A stretch of DNA of 62,090 bases, the filler included, from Globobulimina sp. (lineage: Eukaryota): assembly GCA_003354225.1 (NCBI GenBank). It is 23 parts of 23 records of this genome, joined end to end, with 100 filler letters (N's around TTAATTAATTAA, not from the genome) between each part and the next. Parts side by side here need not be neighbours in the genome. Positions count along the whole stretch, not along the records: positions 48,678 to 51,280 come from PIVH01005779.1; positions 51,381 to 53,983 come from PIVH01005780.1; positions 54,084 to 56,686 come from PIVH01005781.1; positions 56,787 to 59,388 come from PIVH01005782.1; positions 59,489 to 62,090 come from PIVH01005783.1; 18 more parts are not named here. The stretch is one strand, 5' to 3'. Numbering within the stretch: position 1 is the first letter of the stretch; the number at the start of each line of letters is the position of its first letter. Shown piece after piece: positions 49,380 to 60,696 of this stretch. Below the pieces are notes generated by a model. It saw nothing but the letters and a program-made list of their open reading frames with translations, searched no databases and was not told the DNA's origin. A program made the translations under genes and the position numbers.

Positions 49380-50570
49380 ATGTATAGCTTTTACATATTG
49401 GTGTTTATTATTATTACTGCCGCAGTTGTGGGTTTGATAGAATTTTATCTCCATCAGAAACGAATTTATTCTATCCCTATCCGGATTCATATAAACGGCA
49501 CCCGTGGAAAATCGAGTGTAACGAGGTTGGTGGGTGCCGGATTGCGTGCTGGTGGAATTTCAACAATCACAAAAGTAACCGGTACATTTCCACGCCTAAT
49601 TATTGAAAGCGGCATTGAAACTTACATTCACCGGAAATCTTCCGCCAATATTATTGAGCAATTATCCATAGTTAAATTTGCTGCATCCCGAAAAGTGCAG
49701 GCATTAGTAATGGAATGCATGGCATTACAACCGCAATACCAGTGGATTACTGAAAATAAGATGATTCATTCCAATATCAGTGTAATGACAAATGTAAGGA
49801 TGGATCATGTTGATGTTATGGGCCGAACATTACCTGAAATTGCTGAGACAATGGGAAAGACAATCCCAAAAAATGAACACCTTTTTACTTCCGAAAATGT
49901 AATCCCTCAAACACTTAAAAAGATTGCCGATAAACGAAACACTATCTCTCATTTTATTGATTCTAGTTCAGTAACTCCAGAGGAAATGAAGGGATTTACC
50001 TATATTGAGCATAAGGATAATGTGGCTTTGGCTCTTGCAATTTGTGATCATCTGAACATTGATCGTAAGATAGCATTAACAGGTATGCATAAAGCAGTCC
50101 CAGATGCTGGTGCATTAATGTGTTTCAATGTTGAAGCGTTTAGTAAACAGCTGTTTTTTTATAATGCGTTTGCTGCTAATGATCCCAATTCTACTCTTAT
50201 GGTTTGGCAAAAAATAAGAGATGAAAATAGGTTGAAAGGTACTCGTATAGTTCTTTTAAACACCCGGCATGATCGAATGGATCGCGCAAAGCAACTGGCA
50301 GAATTGGTTGGTAATAAATTAGCATCTGAAATAGATTATTTATTACTCATGGGGCAATCAACAGAAGTAGTGGAAAACATGACAATTGGTTATGGTTTGC
50401 CTATGAATAAGATTATCAATTTAGGTCTGGTGACACCTCCAAAAGTTTTTGAAAAAATATTATCAGTTACCGATAAAATCTCTACTATTGTAGCCATCGG
50501 AAACATGGGAGGAATGGGTGCTGAAACTGCGGAATTTTTTGAACATAGAAGCACAGTGAAGAATGATTGA
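49380..50570 (+). CDS. capB: poly-gamma-glutamate synthase CapB/PgsB (bacterial)
   Basis: RIHINGTRGKSSVTRL, ANIIEQ, VMECMALQP, TNVRMDHVDVMG, NAFAANDPNST, GNMGG; AGGA upstream; no introns. Confidence 0.93.
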   Translation: MYSFYILVFIIITAAVVGLIEFYLHQKRIYSIPIRIHINGTRGKSSVTRLVGAGLRAGGISTITKVTGTFPRLIIESGIETYIHRKSSANIIEQLSIVKFAASRKVQALVMECMALQPQYQWITENKMIHSNISVMTNVRMDHVDVMGRTLPEIAETMGKTIPKNEHLFTSENVIPQTLKKIADKRNTISHFIDSSSVTPEEMKGFTYIEHKDNVALALAICDHLNIDRKIALTGMHKAVPDAGALMCFNVEAFSKQLFFYNAFAANDPNSTLMVWQKIRDENRLKGTRIVLLNTRHDRMDRAKQLAELVGNKLASEIDYLLLMGQSTEVVENMTIGYGLPMNKIINLGLVTPPKVFEKILSVTDKISTIVAIGNMGGMGAETAEFFEHRSTVKND

Positions 50571-50742
50571 AATAGCTATTACATTAGGTTTGGTTTTTAG
50601 TTTGCTTTCTTACGAAGTATTCGGACTCGCTGCCGGAGGTATTGTAGTACCAGGCTATATAGCATTGCAGCTTTCTCACCCCGACCGATTGGCAGGTATT
50701 CTGATTGTGAGCTTATTAACTTATTTGATTATTAAAGCGCTT
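50563..50742 (+). CDS. capC: poly-gamma-glutamate biosynthesis protein CapC/PgsC, N-terminal third only
   Basis: Overlaps the capB stop; GLVFSLLSYEVFGLAAGGIVVPGYIAL; resemblance ends after about 60 aa. Confidence 0.85.
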
Positions 50743-51380
50743 GTTCGAGCGCTATCTGGTGCCGGTACTACTGATCCGAGATCTGATGTGGAAGAATGTG
50801 ACAAGAAGAAGGAATATTAAATTCTTAATATGTATAATAATACTTGACCTGTAATGACATTTATGACATATTTATTATTTATTTTTGATTTTGAAGGACA
50901 TGGTGCATGCAACACTTAGCGTATCCTTGCACGCGAGAACGTGAACACAGACTGAAAATGATTGTTGAATCCTCAACGTGTTGAGAGGTTTTCACAGATA
51001 TCAAGATATAAATTGATAACCAAACACATTGACAAGATCTTGTCTAACAAATGAACGAACAATGTTCAAATTGTCAGAACTAATGCCATGATATCTATTT
51101 ACGATCCAGCTGTTATTTTTTGTATACCCCTCTTGATTACGCGCCTTACTTAAAACACCAACAGATCTCAATTCATTGGTTATATTTTGCAACTTGGTTT
51201 TCCGCACAATTTGGGCATATTCGTCTATATGTTTGAATCTGTTTTCATTTTTACCAATCATTCTATTTACAATTGGAATANNNNNNNNNNNNNNNNNNNN
51301 NNNNNNNNNNNNNNNNNNNNNNNNTTAATTAATTAANNNNNNNNNNNNNNNNNNNNNNNNNNNNNNNNNNNNNNNNNNNN

Positions 51381-53983
51381 CAATGACCCAATATTTAATT
51401 ATATGCTGCAAATATATGACACATTTAAAAGAATAGAGAGTTTTAAACAAAGCATGGTATTAAATGTCAATATAGATGACATACAAACAGATGATCATGA
51501 AATGCCGGAACCAGTTTACAGTTTGACATTAAATGAAATACAATATAGAAAGATTAAAGGAATTGAACATTTTGCAAAAATTGTGAGTAATACCTCCACT
51601 AAAGATAAGTATATGCATTTATTGAATCCTGTGAATTGGGATATAATTATTGATTCAATGTGTTTCAATATGGACGAACAAGACGATAAAATAAAAAAAC
51701 TTGAAGCACTCAATAAAATTGTACAGAGATCGTGCATTAATGATAAATATAGAATCATTAACTTGAACAACAGAATAGCAAAAGAAAAGATTTTAAGTGT
51801 TTTTGGAGCAATGGAATTTCTTAAAGGGGTTGGATTTGAACACAATATTTTAACCAATCGATTGGCGCTCCGGGAAGGAAGTACAGTTATTATTGACATT
51901 GCTGTCAATTGCATGCTTTTTAAAATAAAGATATTGAATTTATTGCAACCTTTGCAAAGTGCATGGAAAGAAATGGTAGAAATTATGTGCCAGCTTCCGT
52001 CGTTTGCATCGGCCACAGAAACAGTGACAAGATTAAGTTCGATGGATTTATATAATTTTCCAGACAATTATCACGACATAGCAACTAAAGTGAGGCAAAT
52101 CACAGTTAATAATACAGAGATCAAATATATTCCAACCAAATTACTCAATGAGTTGGGATTCAAAGTAAATGTTACTGAGCGTAACCAATTAATTATGCAA
52201 TTATTTCAAATTATTGTTTCAATTTGGAAGCAAGTTAATGTGATTGAAGAGGAAGAAAGAAATCATAAGCAACAGATAAATGATATGGTTCCATCCATGG
52301 AGCGATTAACCAGTGTATCACCACAGATGTTGCAGAAAGCATTGCCAATGTATCGTAGACAAGAAACCTCGCCAGAGATTATGGAGAATATTTTTCGATT
52401 TGGAAGATATTACAATGATAACAATGATGAGCTCGAGGCAAAACAACTCATTTCTGATTTGGAATTAGCGGAATTATATAACTGCGATAATATGGAAGAG
52501 TTAGAAGATGAATTATTGTCAAAAGTTTATGAAATGCAAGCAATAAATTTCCAAACCGAAGAATATTTGGGATATATTCAGCATTTCAAGGAAACTAAAA
52601 AACAAATGAAATCGAGGCAGTGTGAGGATAAACAAAATTGTACGTGGCACAAGGAAATGGTTCAATTATGGTCGTTGAATCAAATGCAGCTCGTTCACGT
52701 TATGTTTTATCATACAAAAGGTATCATTTATTCAGCGAATCTTCAGAAACAGAAACATTAATGTTATGTAGTTACAATTTCTACATGTTGCTGTTTCTGA
52801 GTCTATATGTTGATTTCAATAAATTATCCTTATATTATGCTACTATATTCAGATTATAATGAGATTGCAACGTCAGAACGTAGAGCGAATAGATTTAGAC
52901 AGGAAGTTAATACATGTTATGAAAGGCCGATAAGAAAACGTGTCGATGCGGTTCAAACCAAAGGTGAACCATATATTGCTGACCTAGAAAAAAAACAATC
53001 TGAACCAGGGGCCACAGTGTGTGCTGTTGGCAATGATTGCGGTTTGTTGACAGCGTTACTTCACAAATGTTATAATGTCGATGATATTCATAGCAATGAT
53101 TCAATTGCAATAAATCGGAACGAATATAAACAAGAAATTGATCATTGTTTAGAGTGTCATGGCAATTTTCGCAGTCAATGTCCTTTCGAAGAGAATTGTA
53201 AATTTCAGCAAAAATTGAAAGAATGCAATAATAACAGATTTATTCAGCTCCATCTACATTTTTATCATAATATGGCCATCGATTCAGATGAAGATATCAT
53301 TAAAATGAGACCAAAAATGGATAATTATAATGAAGAAAGAATACAATATAAGTTTGGCTTAGAATGTGGTGATAATAAGGCAACATTTGGCATTTTGGAG
53401 TTTGGAACACGTTTTATTATATTAAAGAAATCCGAGGCAAGATTCAAAAATCCAAAAGATGAGATACTGCACAATACCTATTGCAGTGTAAAAAAGAATG
53501 AATGGAATGATTTATTGCGGAAATGTATATCTTTTGCAAAAACGAGAAATGGAAAAACATCGCGTTTGAATACAAAAGAAATTGTTGCATTAAAATTATA
53601 TACAGATTTCGATCTGTTACAAAGAGAGTTTCGACGGTGTTTCAGAGAAAAGGATATGAATAATCGGAGAAAGAGACAGAGTCAATTTTATTTCTGGAAT
53701 AATTTACTTGAAACTGCGTGTAAAAAATCAAAAGATACAACCAGCAAAAAATTATATCATGGTGTTGATGATAAAAAATTAGCAGCATCGTGTTTTAGTG
53801 GAACATATTACGGTATGTTATAATGTTAAATGTTGTTCATTTAATTTATATATTATATTTAAAACATACACTATTACTTAGGTCCTGTGTCCACTACAAC
53901 TTATTTCTTGATAGCCAAAGGATTCGCAGGTGACAATGGTCAGGTTTTAGAGTTGTATCCGTCATTTGGTGCGAAAGGACTGC
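51381..53983 (+). CDS. PUB domain + His/Cys modules + ADP-ribosyltransferase-like domain, 3 exons, truncated
   Basis: PUB KYRIINLNN...ILSVFGAMEFLKGVGFE; introns 52721-52852 and 53813-53881; ALKLYTDF, KLYHGV, GPVSTTT..IAKGFA...GQVLEL. Confidence 0.7.
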
Positions 53984-54083
53984 NNNNNNNNNNNNNNNNN
54001 NNNNNNNNNNNNNNNNNNNNNNNNNNNTTAATTAATTAANNNNNNNNNNNNNNNNNNNNNNNNNNNNNNNNNNNNNNNNNNNN

Positions 54084-56187
54084 TGCATAAAACTAATCGC
54101 ACCCTCACTCGCTACAATATGATAGGTATAAGCAACCACACCGTTAAAAGAATCAATCGCAAGTTGCAAAGGATAAGCATACGCATTATAATCACTGGTA
54201 TCGACATACGAATAATATTGAATTTCGACAGCATCCATCTCACCGGGCACATATAAACCAAAACCAACTCCACTCTCATCCGAAGATATATAATCGAGAG
54301 TACTTATAATGATAACTCCATTGGAAGACGCAATCGAAGAAGCCCTCATATCCAACACATCGCTGTCATATCCAAAAGCACCACTGTCAATATCATATAT
54401 TCCGAGCGCGTATACACTGCGCCAACGCCAGGGCTGAGCCTCCACCATATACACAATCCCATCCATCACGGTACAATCAAACGGCCAAAACGGTCGGGGA
54501 TATAAACCATTTTGATCAGTTATATTTTGGTGTGAATATATTTCATTTACCACCCAATTCTCTGCACTCACATCCACTGTCCACATATAACCAAAATAAC
54601 CGTCCATTAAATAGGCCATGTTGGAGTTATCAGGATCTATACACACCGAAGACAGAGCTGGTAAACTGTTGTCGACATTTGCATCATAATCCGCAGTCTC
54701 CACATAATTAACCACATTTTCAGTGCTTAAATCCTGCGCAAAAAGCATTCCAAAAATATCAGTTCCATAAAACATATCATTGGCAATGTCAGCAAGTTGA
54801 TATATTGCAGAGCTTTCTCTCTCCGGAATTACAGTCTCTCGAAGAAAATCCGGACCTATAAATCCATCATCAGTCATCCCTAAATCTACCGGCCACTGCG
54901 AGCTTATTTCGTTCAAATCCGGTTTATTAGAAACGGCAGTGAGTGAATTAATGTATGCAAACTTTCTGCGTTTTGGATCCCAGGCAATATTAACACTCAT
55001 TGCTTCGCGACGGACACTAGTATTGCCGGGATCAACTGTGTACATTGTAAAGTTTCGACTTAATCGGTTTAAAAACGGTCTGCTGCTAAATCGGATAAAA
55101 TAAATCTCACCGCTGCTTAATGACGGCACACACATTGTATTATAGGCACCGACAGAAAAATCGCCCGGAGACTGCAAACCGTCCATACCAACGGTAAATA
55201 CATGCGTTGTATCTCCGGTATCATAATATAACAACGAATCTGCTGTTGCTGCAATAAGATAATCTCCGATGAACTCCAGACTGGTGCCAGAAACTGTTAA
55301 TTTACCAGTGATGATACTCAATGTATCCGTGCCTGCAGTCATCACTCCCAATACCCCAGAACCATCAGCTCTGCTTTCAATGAAATAAACAATGCCATCT
55401 TTAACTGTGCACGCGTTTGGATGGAATGTGTAATTACCACCACCAGACTCTGTGAATAAATCATCATTCTGATCCTGCACAGTATCCGTTCCTCCGTTGT
55501 AAACTCGGACAGAATCGTTGTAATATACACCCGATACAAGCCATATTCCCGCGTCGTTGTTGGTGTATGAACCGTCGTTGTTGAGACCCGGAGCAGTGAC
55601 ATAAATAACCTCTGTATCAGCATCATAACATACGCCATTTATACCCGCAGTGCCAATGGTGACCGTGTCTTCATCTGCCGTAGATTCAAAGATCAAATCC
55701 CATTCTCGGATGGAGCCTTCTTTCGAGGCAAACCAAATTGTGCCCATATCTGGCAAAAAAACAGCACCTTGGGAGTCGGAATAGTCTGCGGCTGAATAAT
55801 CAATATTAAGTAGACTCCATTTATATGCTTTGTTGGGATGGCTTCCCGGCAATTTATATGCTGCATTGCGCCAATGATCGAAAAATATCCACGCTGTATC
55901 TGTGTCACTGCTGACATACGTGCAGCTCTCTGAAATTATTGATTATTTTGTTTGGGTTTATTTCTGTTTTTTTTTATACGTAAACACTTTGTAGACATTG
56001 TGAAAAAATCGTCTACGTCGATATGTTTACAGAAAAGAAGAGGATGTGATATTATATAACTTGTTGAGCCATTTAATGCAGATACTCCTGTATATGTCTC
56101 TAATAATTTAAAACTTGGTGTTGGTAATGCTTGTGTTACGGTTGCGGTTAAAACCGCTACAACCAATGAGATATACTCAAACATCAT
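54084..56187 (-). CDS. secreted acidic beta-rich (propeller-like) protein with internal duplication, 2 exons, 3'-truncated
   Basis: Signal peptide MMFEYISLVVAVLTATVTQA; intron 55930-55979; repeats FHPNACTVKDGIVYFIES / FWPFDCTVMDGIVYMVEA. Confidence 0.65.
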
Positions 56188-57504
56188 TTTGCTAACAGCT
56201 AACCACACGGAAGGATGCTTAATCACACGGAGAATATTAATAAACAAGGCTGAAAGGATGTTTTTTTTTTGATAATGTTAGGACAAGAAATGCTTGACCT
56301 TTCGAAACTGCTCATATATCCAGACATTGATAATCCACAAATATATCATGGATGTATCAATATTAAGGTTTAAACTTTAAAGTTCTTTCATTTGATTTTA
56401 TAACAATTCATTTCAACACAATAACAAATTTTTTTTTTTTGCAAGGAAGAAGTAACTTTAACAGAATCAAAGCTTTGAAATAAAATTTACCAATCCATCA
56501 TATCTAATATCAAACAGTGGAGAAAAGAAAGACGACGTAATATGTGAAATGGATGGCAAATTATCTCAAATATTATATCATTGTGAACCGATGATTGAAA
56601 AAAGATTACTTGAATGCCAAAGTCCAGAACAATTTATAAATGCATTATATAACATTTTATACAAAACCGTAGATATTTCATCGATTNNNNNNNNNNNNNN
56701 NNNNNNNNNNNNNNNNNNNNNNNNNNNNNNTTAATTAATTAANNNNNNNNNNNNNNNNNNNNNNNNNNNNNNNNNNNNNNNNNNNNATAAAGGGTTTTCA
56801 ACTCTAATTTCAAGTATAAAACCACTTATTTGAACAATGGCTGCTATTTTAAAAGATCTAAGAGAATTCCTCTCATATTCTCAGATTATGGTCACACACA
56901 CACAACAAACACAACAGACAAGAAGAATAACACTTTCAACAGAGAAACCAATTCTCAACGAAAGCTGTTAAATGGAATTTGATAGTTGAGAATCACCTAT
57001 CATATTTTTTCATTGCACTGTATTTTTGTTTGTATGCTAAATAGATGTCGGAATCCATCTCCTATTTAAACCACCAATTTTTACATTGGATATGTTTATG
57101 CATAAAATAAATATATTATATTCTACCCATTTTTGCACATTCTACTCATTTTTACACGCACACACCATAAAATAAATATATTTAAGAGCAAAATAGTCTC
57201 GTAAATTTTTACTAAAATTCTTTTTTGTGCATATTTTTTTAGTAAAACGTAAAAAATAGTAAAATTTTAAAACTGTTCTAAAATTGTATGTAGCTGTTTT
57301 TGTGGCGGCTCAAGCTCATAATTCAAATATTTATACACAATTATGACACAATAAATAGATAAAGCAAGTCATTTTCATTCAAAAAAAGACTAAATAATCA
57401 TTAAAAAAAAACACTAAATAATCATTAAAAAAAAACATTCAATACGTTTTTAGAAAGTAAAATATCGTGGACACATCTGCAGTATCACCAAAAGTTTTCA
57501 TCTT

Positions 57505-58342
57505 ATGCAATCTGATAATTTTTACGTTGCTGGGTACCAAAAACAGCAATTGGAGACTCAATTTAATTCGCAAAAAAGGCAAAATAAATACAACTGCAGT
57601 GACATATTATTTGTGACCCAAGGGCCAAAGGGGGGGGGTATGTTGGAAATGTTTGTGCCTTCTGTGTATTCAAAGATAACGTTCAAGCTATTGGCGATAA
57701 TCGTGATGGGGTATGTGGTGTTGGTATTCATGAAAGAAGAATTAATAAATTGGCAAAGATCAAATATTTTCAAGAAAATGGTATCAAGATCAATAAGGTG
57801 TTTACAAGTTTTCCGTCGAACAGTTGTGTATTTTGGATATCTGATGAACATGAAACATACGTAACTGGGGATCACAGTAAATATCAATTATCAACGGTTG
57901 GTGATGGAAACAGAAACGAACCTCAGTTAATTGCAGATTTGACGAATGTGATTAGTATACATGAATGTGATGGATTAGTTGCATTGTGTTCAGAATATAT
58001 TTTATCAAAACGTATAAAATATTTATGTACAGAAGTATTAAAGGATGTCCCACGTGAATTATGTCAACTTATTGCCGAGTATGCTGAAACCAATCACGTA
58101 TATTCCAATCGTAAATTATTCAACAAAGAATGTGAAGAAGAAAAAAGTAGTAATATTATTGTGAATGCTCTAGTAACATTTGGTAATTATATTAGAAATA
58201 TTCCAAAACAATCATGGATTAAAGTTGATTTTTTCAATGATAAGCACATTGTGAAAATTGTAGCAGGGACCGATTATTTCATATTTTTAGAATCAAATGG
58301 TATGGTATGGAGTTGTGGCCATAATTTTGAGGGTCAATTGGC
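57505..58342 (+). CDS. RCC1-repeat protein, frameshift at G9 tract, 3'-truncated
   Basis: AIGDNRDGVCGVG, VTGDHSKYQL, IVKIVAGTDYFIFLESNGMVWSCGHNFEGQL. Confidence 0.75.
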
Positions 58343-58888
58343 ACCGGTATCATTTATAAGCATTATTTGATCGTTAACGCCGTCTCCAAATTATTGGATG
58401 CTGCGGACATAAAACATTCAATCGAATTGCGACATATGTTTAATAATAATCAGATGAAACCGGCCGACATATTTATCAATAATTGGGGGCCAAACGGCGA
58501 ATCATTGGCTTTAGATATTGGTATAACATCGGTTGTTTGTGACAGCCGCTACGAACGTGCGGCCAATGAAAAATTAAGTGCTGCAAAACTATTCTATCAG
58601 CATAAAATTAATAAATATCAAGAACAATTAAATAATATCAATCCAAATTTAAACGGTTTAATATATCTTCCGTTTATTATGGAGGATTATGGGGGAATTC
58701 ACAAAGAAGCCGTCAGGTTTCTTAAGCGTGTGGCGAAACTACGCGCAGCCTCCATAAACGAAGAAATATCAGTTTCAACTGGATATTGCTTCCAATATAT
58801 ATCTTCAAGATTAAACAAAGCGAATGCAGTTTCTCTTCTGCATCATTATTCTATCTACAATCAAACAAATAAATTCAATAATGATTAA
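58343..58888 (+). mobile_element. 3' end of a non-LTR retrotransposon with restriction-like endonuclease (RLE; CRE/R2-type)
   Basis: KH...KPADIFINNW...LALDIGITS...KINKY...YLPFIMEDYGG (R/K-P-x-D...D...K..KY pattern). Confidence 0.7.
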
Positions 58889-59269
58889 ATAATTATGATG
58901 GACAATCGACAATGTAATTAATACAATAAAACTATTTTCATTGTTTCCTATCATATTATACTTTTATTGTGTTGTTAGTAAGTGTGTGAAAAGAAAAGTT
59001 TTGTTTTATGTTTTTTCTATTATGTTTTGTTCCAATTGCTTCCTTTTTCAGTGTTGATTCTATTTGGAATATATTTAATTAAATTTAGATGCCATATTTA
59101 ATTGGTTCTTTCCTTGAAAAAAAATACCAAACAATGCAATGAATACAAAAAATATAAATCATTGGAAAATAAGTATGAATATATAATGAAACAAATCCAA
59201 ACATTGCAAAAGCATTATGTTTGTCTTGAAAAACAGGTGAAACAATACAGAAAAATCGTACCTGAGACT

Positions 59270-59388
59270 CTCTTAACCGCAACAATGATTGTATAGGCCA
59301 GTGGAGCTGGTATTACCGCGGCTGCTGGCACCAGACTTGCCCTCCACTTGAAATTCAGATACATAATATGATGATCAGAGAATCACAC
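59270..59388 (-). rRNA. 18S (SSU) rRNA fragment, 530-loop region
   Basis: Minus strand TCAAGTGGAGGGCAAGTCTGGTGCCAGCAGCCGCGGTAATACCAGCTCCACTGGCCTATACAATCATTGTTGCGGTTAAGA. Confidence 0.92.
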
Positions 59389-59799
59389 NNNNNNNNNNNN
59401 NNNNNNNNNNNNNNNNNNNNNNNNNNNNNNNNTTAATTAATTAANNNNNNNNNNNNNNNNNNNNNNNNNNNNNNNNNNNNNNNNNNNNAAAAGACAGCGC
59501 TAATAATAATAACACTGGCGATTAAATGTCGATATATAAAGCCAATGATTGCGTACATTTCCAATGGAAACCGTATCAATTCAACGGCTGTACATAAGCA
59601 CAGATTGCGCCACCGATTATTTATAAATCAATGGAGATGGAATACCGTTTTTGTGGTTTGTCAGAAACAAACCTATGGCCAATTGTTATTTATACGCCAC
59701 ACAAATACAGTAAACACTAAACAAAAAAACAGTATTAAATCAGAGATAAATCGCAAAAAACAAAGAAAAAACAGGGGGAAAAAAAGTGAAATGTACCCT

Positions 59800-60537
59800 T
59801 TATAAATCATCAAACATAGCAACAACAACATTATATTTCTGCGTATTTTGCAAACTATTCTCATTTTTATGATTATTTAACATGGTTTGTGCTGCAATTA
59901 AAATACTTTCAGTGGTTTGGCTGTTGGTATCTTTATTATTTTCGTCTTTTATTGCAATTCTAATTACATTTATTAATGAATTCTGAAATAAATGATTATT
60001 ATTATTATCATCCGTTTTAGTTTCAGTTTCAGTTTCAGTTTGAGATAATACTGAGGTTTCACTGGAACTATTATCCTCATCAAAATCTTGATTATCTTCA
60101 CAATTCACATCAAAAACATCATCATCATCGAATACAGGCACATTACTACTCATTTTAGATATATTTGATACATTTGATACATTTTTCGGTATACTCTCGT
60201 TTGAATGAGATACATCAATACATTCGGTAAAATATAGAAAAATACAAAATAAAATACTTACAAATATCAAAAACACTGAAACTAAAAATAATCCAATAAA
60301 TATTAACATCCATCTTGAACTTTCGTAATAATTAAATGGAAAAAATGCTGATTCATGTTCATGTTCTATATGCAGTTGATGTTGATGCAAATGTGTTGCT
60401 GCAGCCGGCTCAAATGTTTTGTCAGAAGATTTAGTAACAGCAATAAGCGGATATATCAATATGTTCCATAACAAATACACACAAATAATGTTGACCCTGT
60501 TTGATAACAATTCCATGGAACTTATCAGATAAATCAT
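59800..60537 (-). CDS. single-pass membrane protein with signal peptide and acidic tail
   Basis: N-terminal hydrophobic stretch, long TM WMLIFIGLFLVSVFLIFVSILFCIFLYF, D/E/N-rich tail. Confidence 0.5.
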   Translation of the reverse strand: MIYLISSMELLSNRVNIICVYLLWNILIYPLIAVTKSSDKTFEPAAATHLHQHQLHIEHEHESAFFPFNYYESSRWMLIFIGLFLVSVFLIFVSILFCIFLYFTECIDVSHSNESIPKNVSNVSNISKMSSNVPVFDDDDVFDVNCEDNQDFDEDNSSSETSVLSQTETETETKTDDNNNNHLFQNSLINVIRIAIKDENNKDTNSQTTESILIAAQTMLNNHKNENSLQNTQKYNVVVAMFDDL

Positions 60538-60696
60538 AAAAAACGTCCTAAGTCAACTATTTTGAAAATGAAAAAATCAAAACAGAAAAAGAATTTAGAA
60601 ATCACAGCGAAAGGCCAAAAGCAGTGGCAAAGACAATTAAGCTTAATCAGTATTTCATTAACAGCGCATATATGAAATTTGTTTCCTTTTCCATAT

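Noticed and set aside
50743-50820. Novel short CapC with a hydrophilic tail
   Set aside because: The tail lies beyond the apparent junction and is unrelated to CapC
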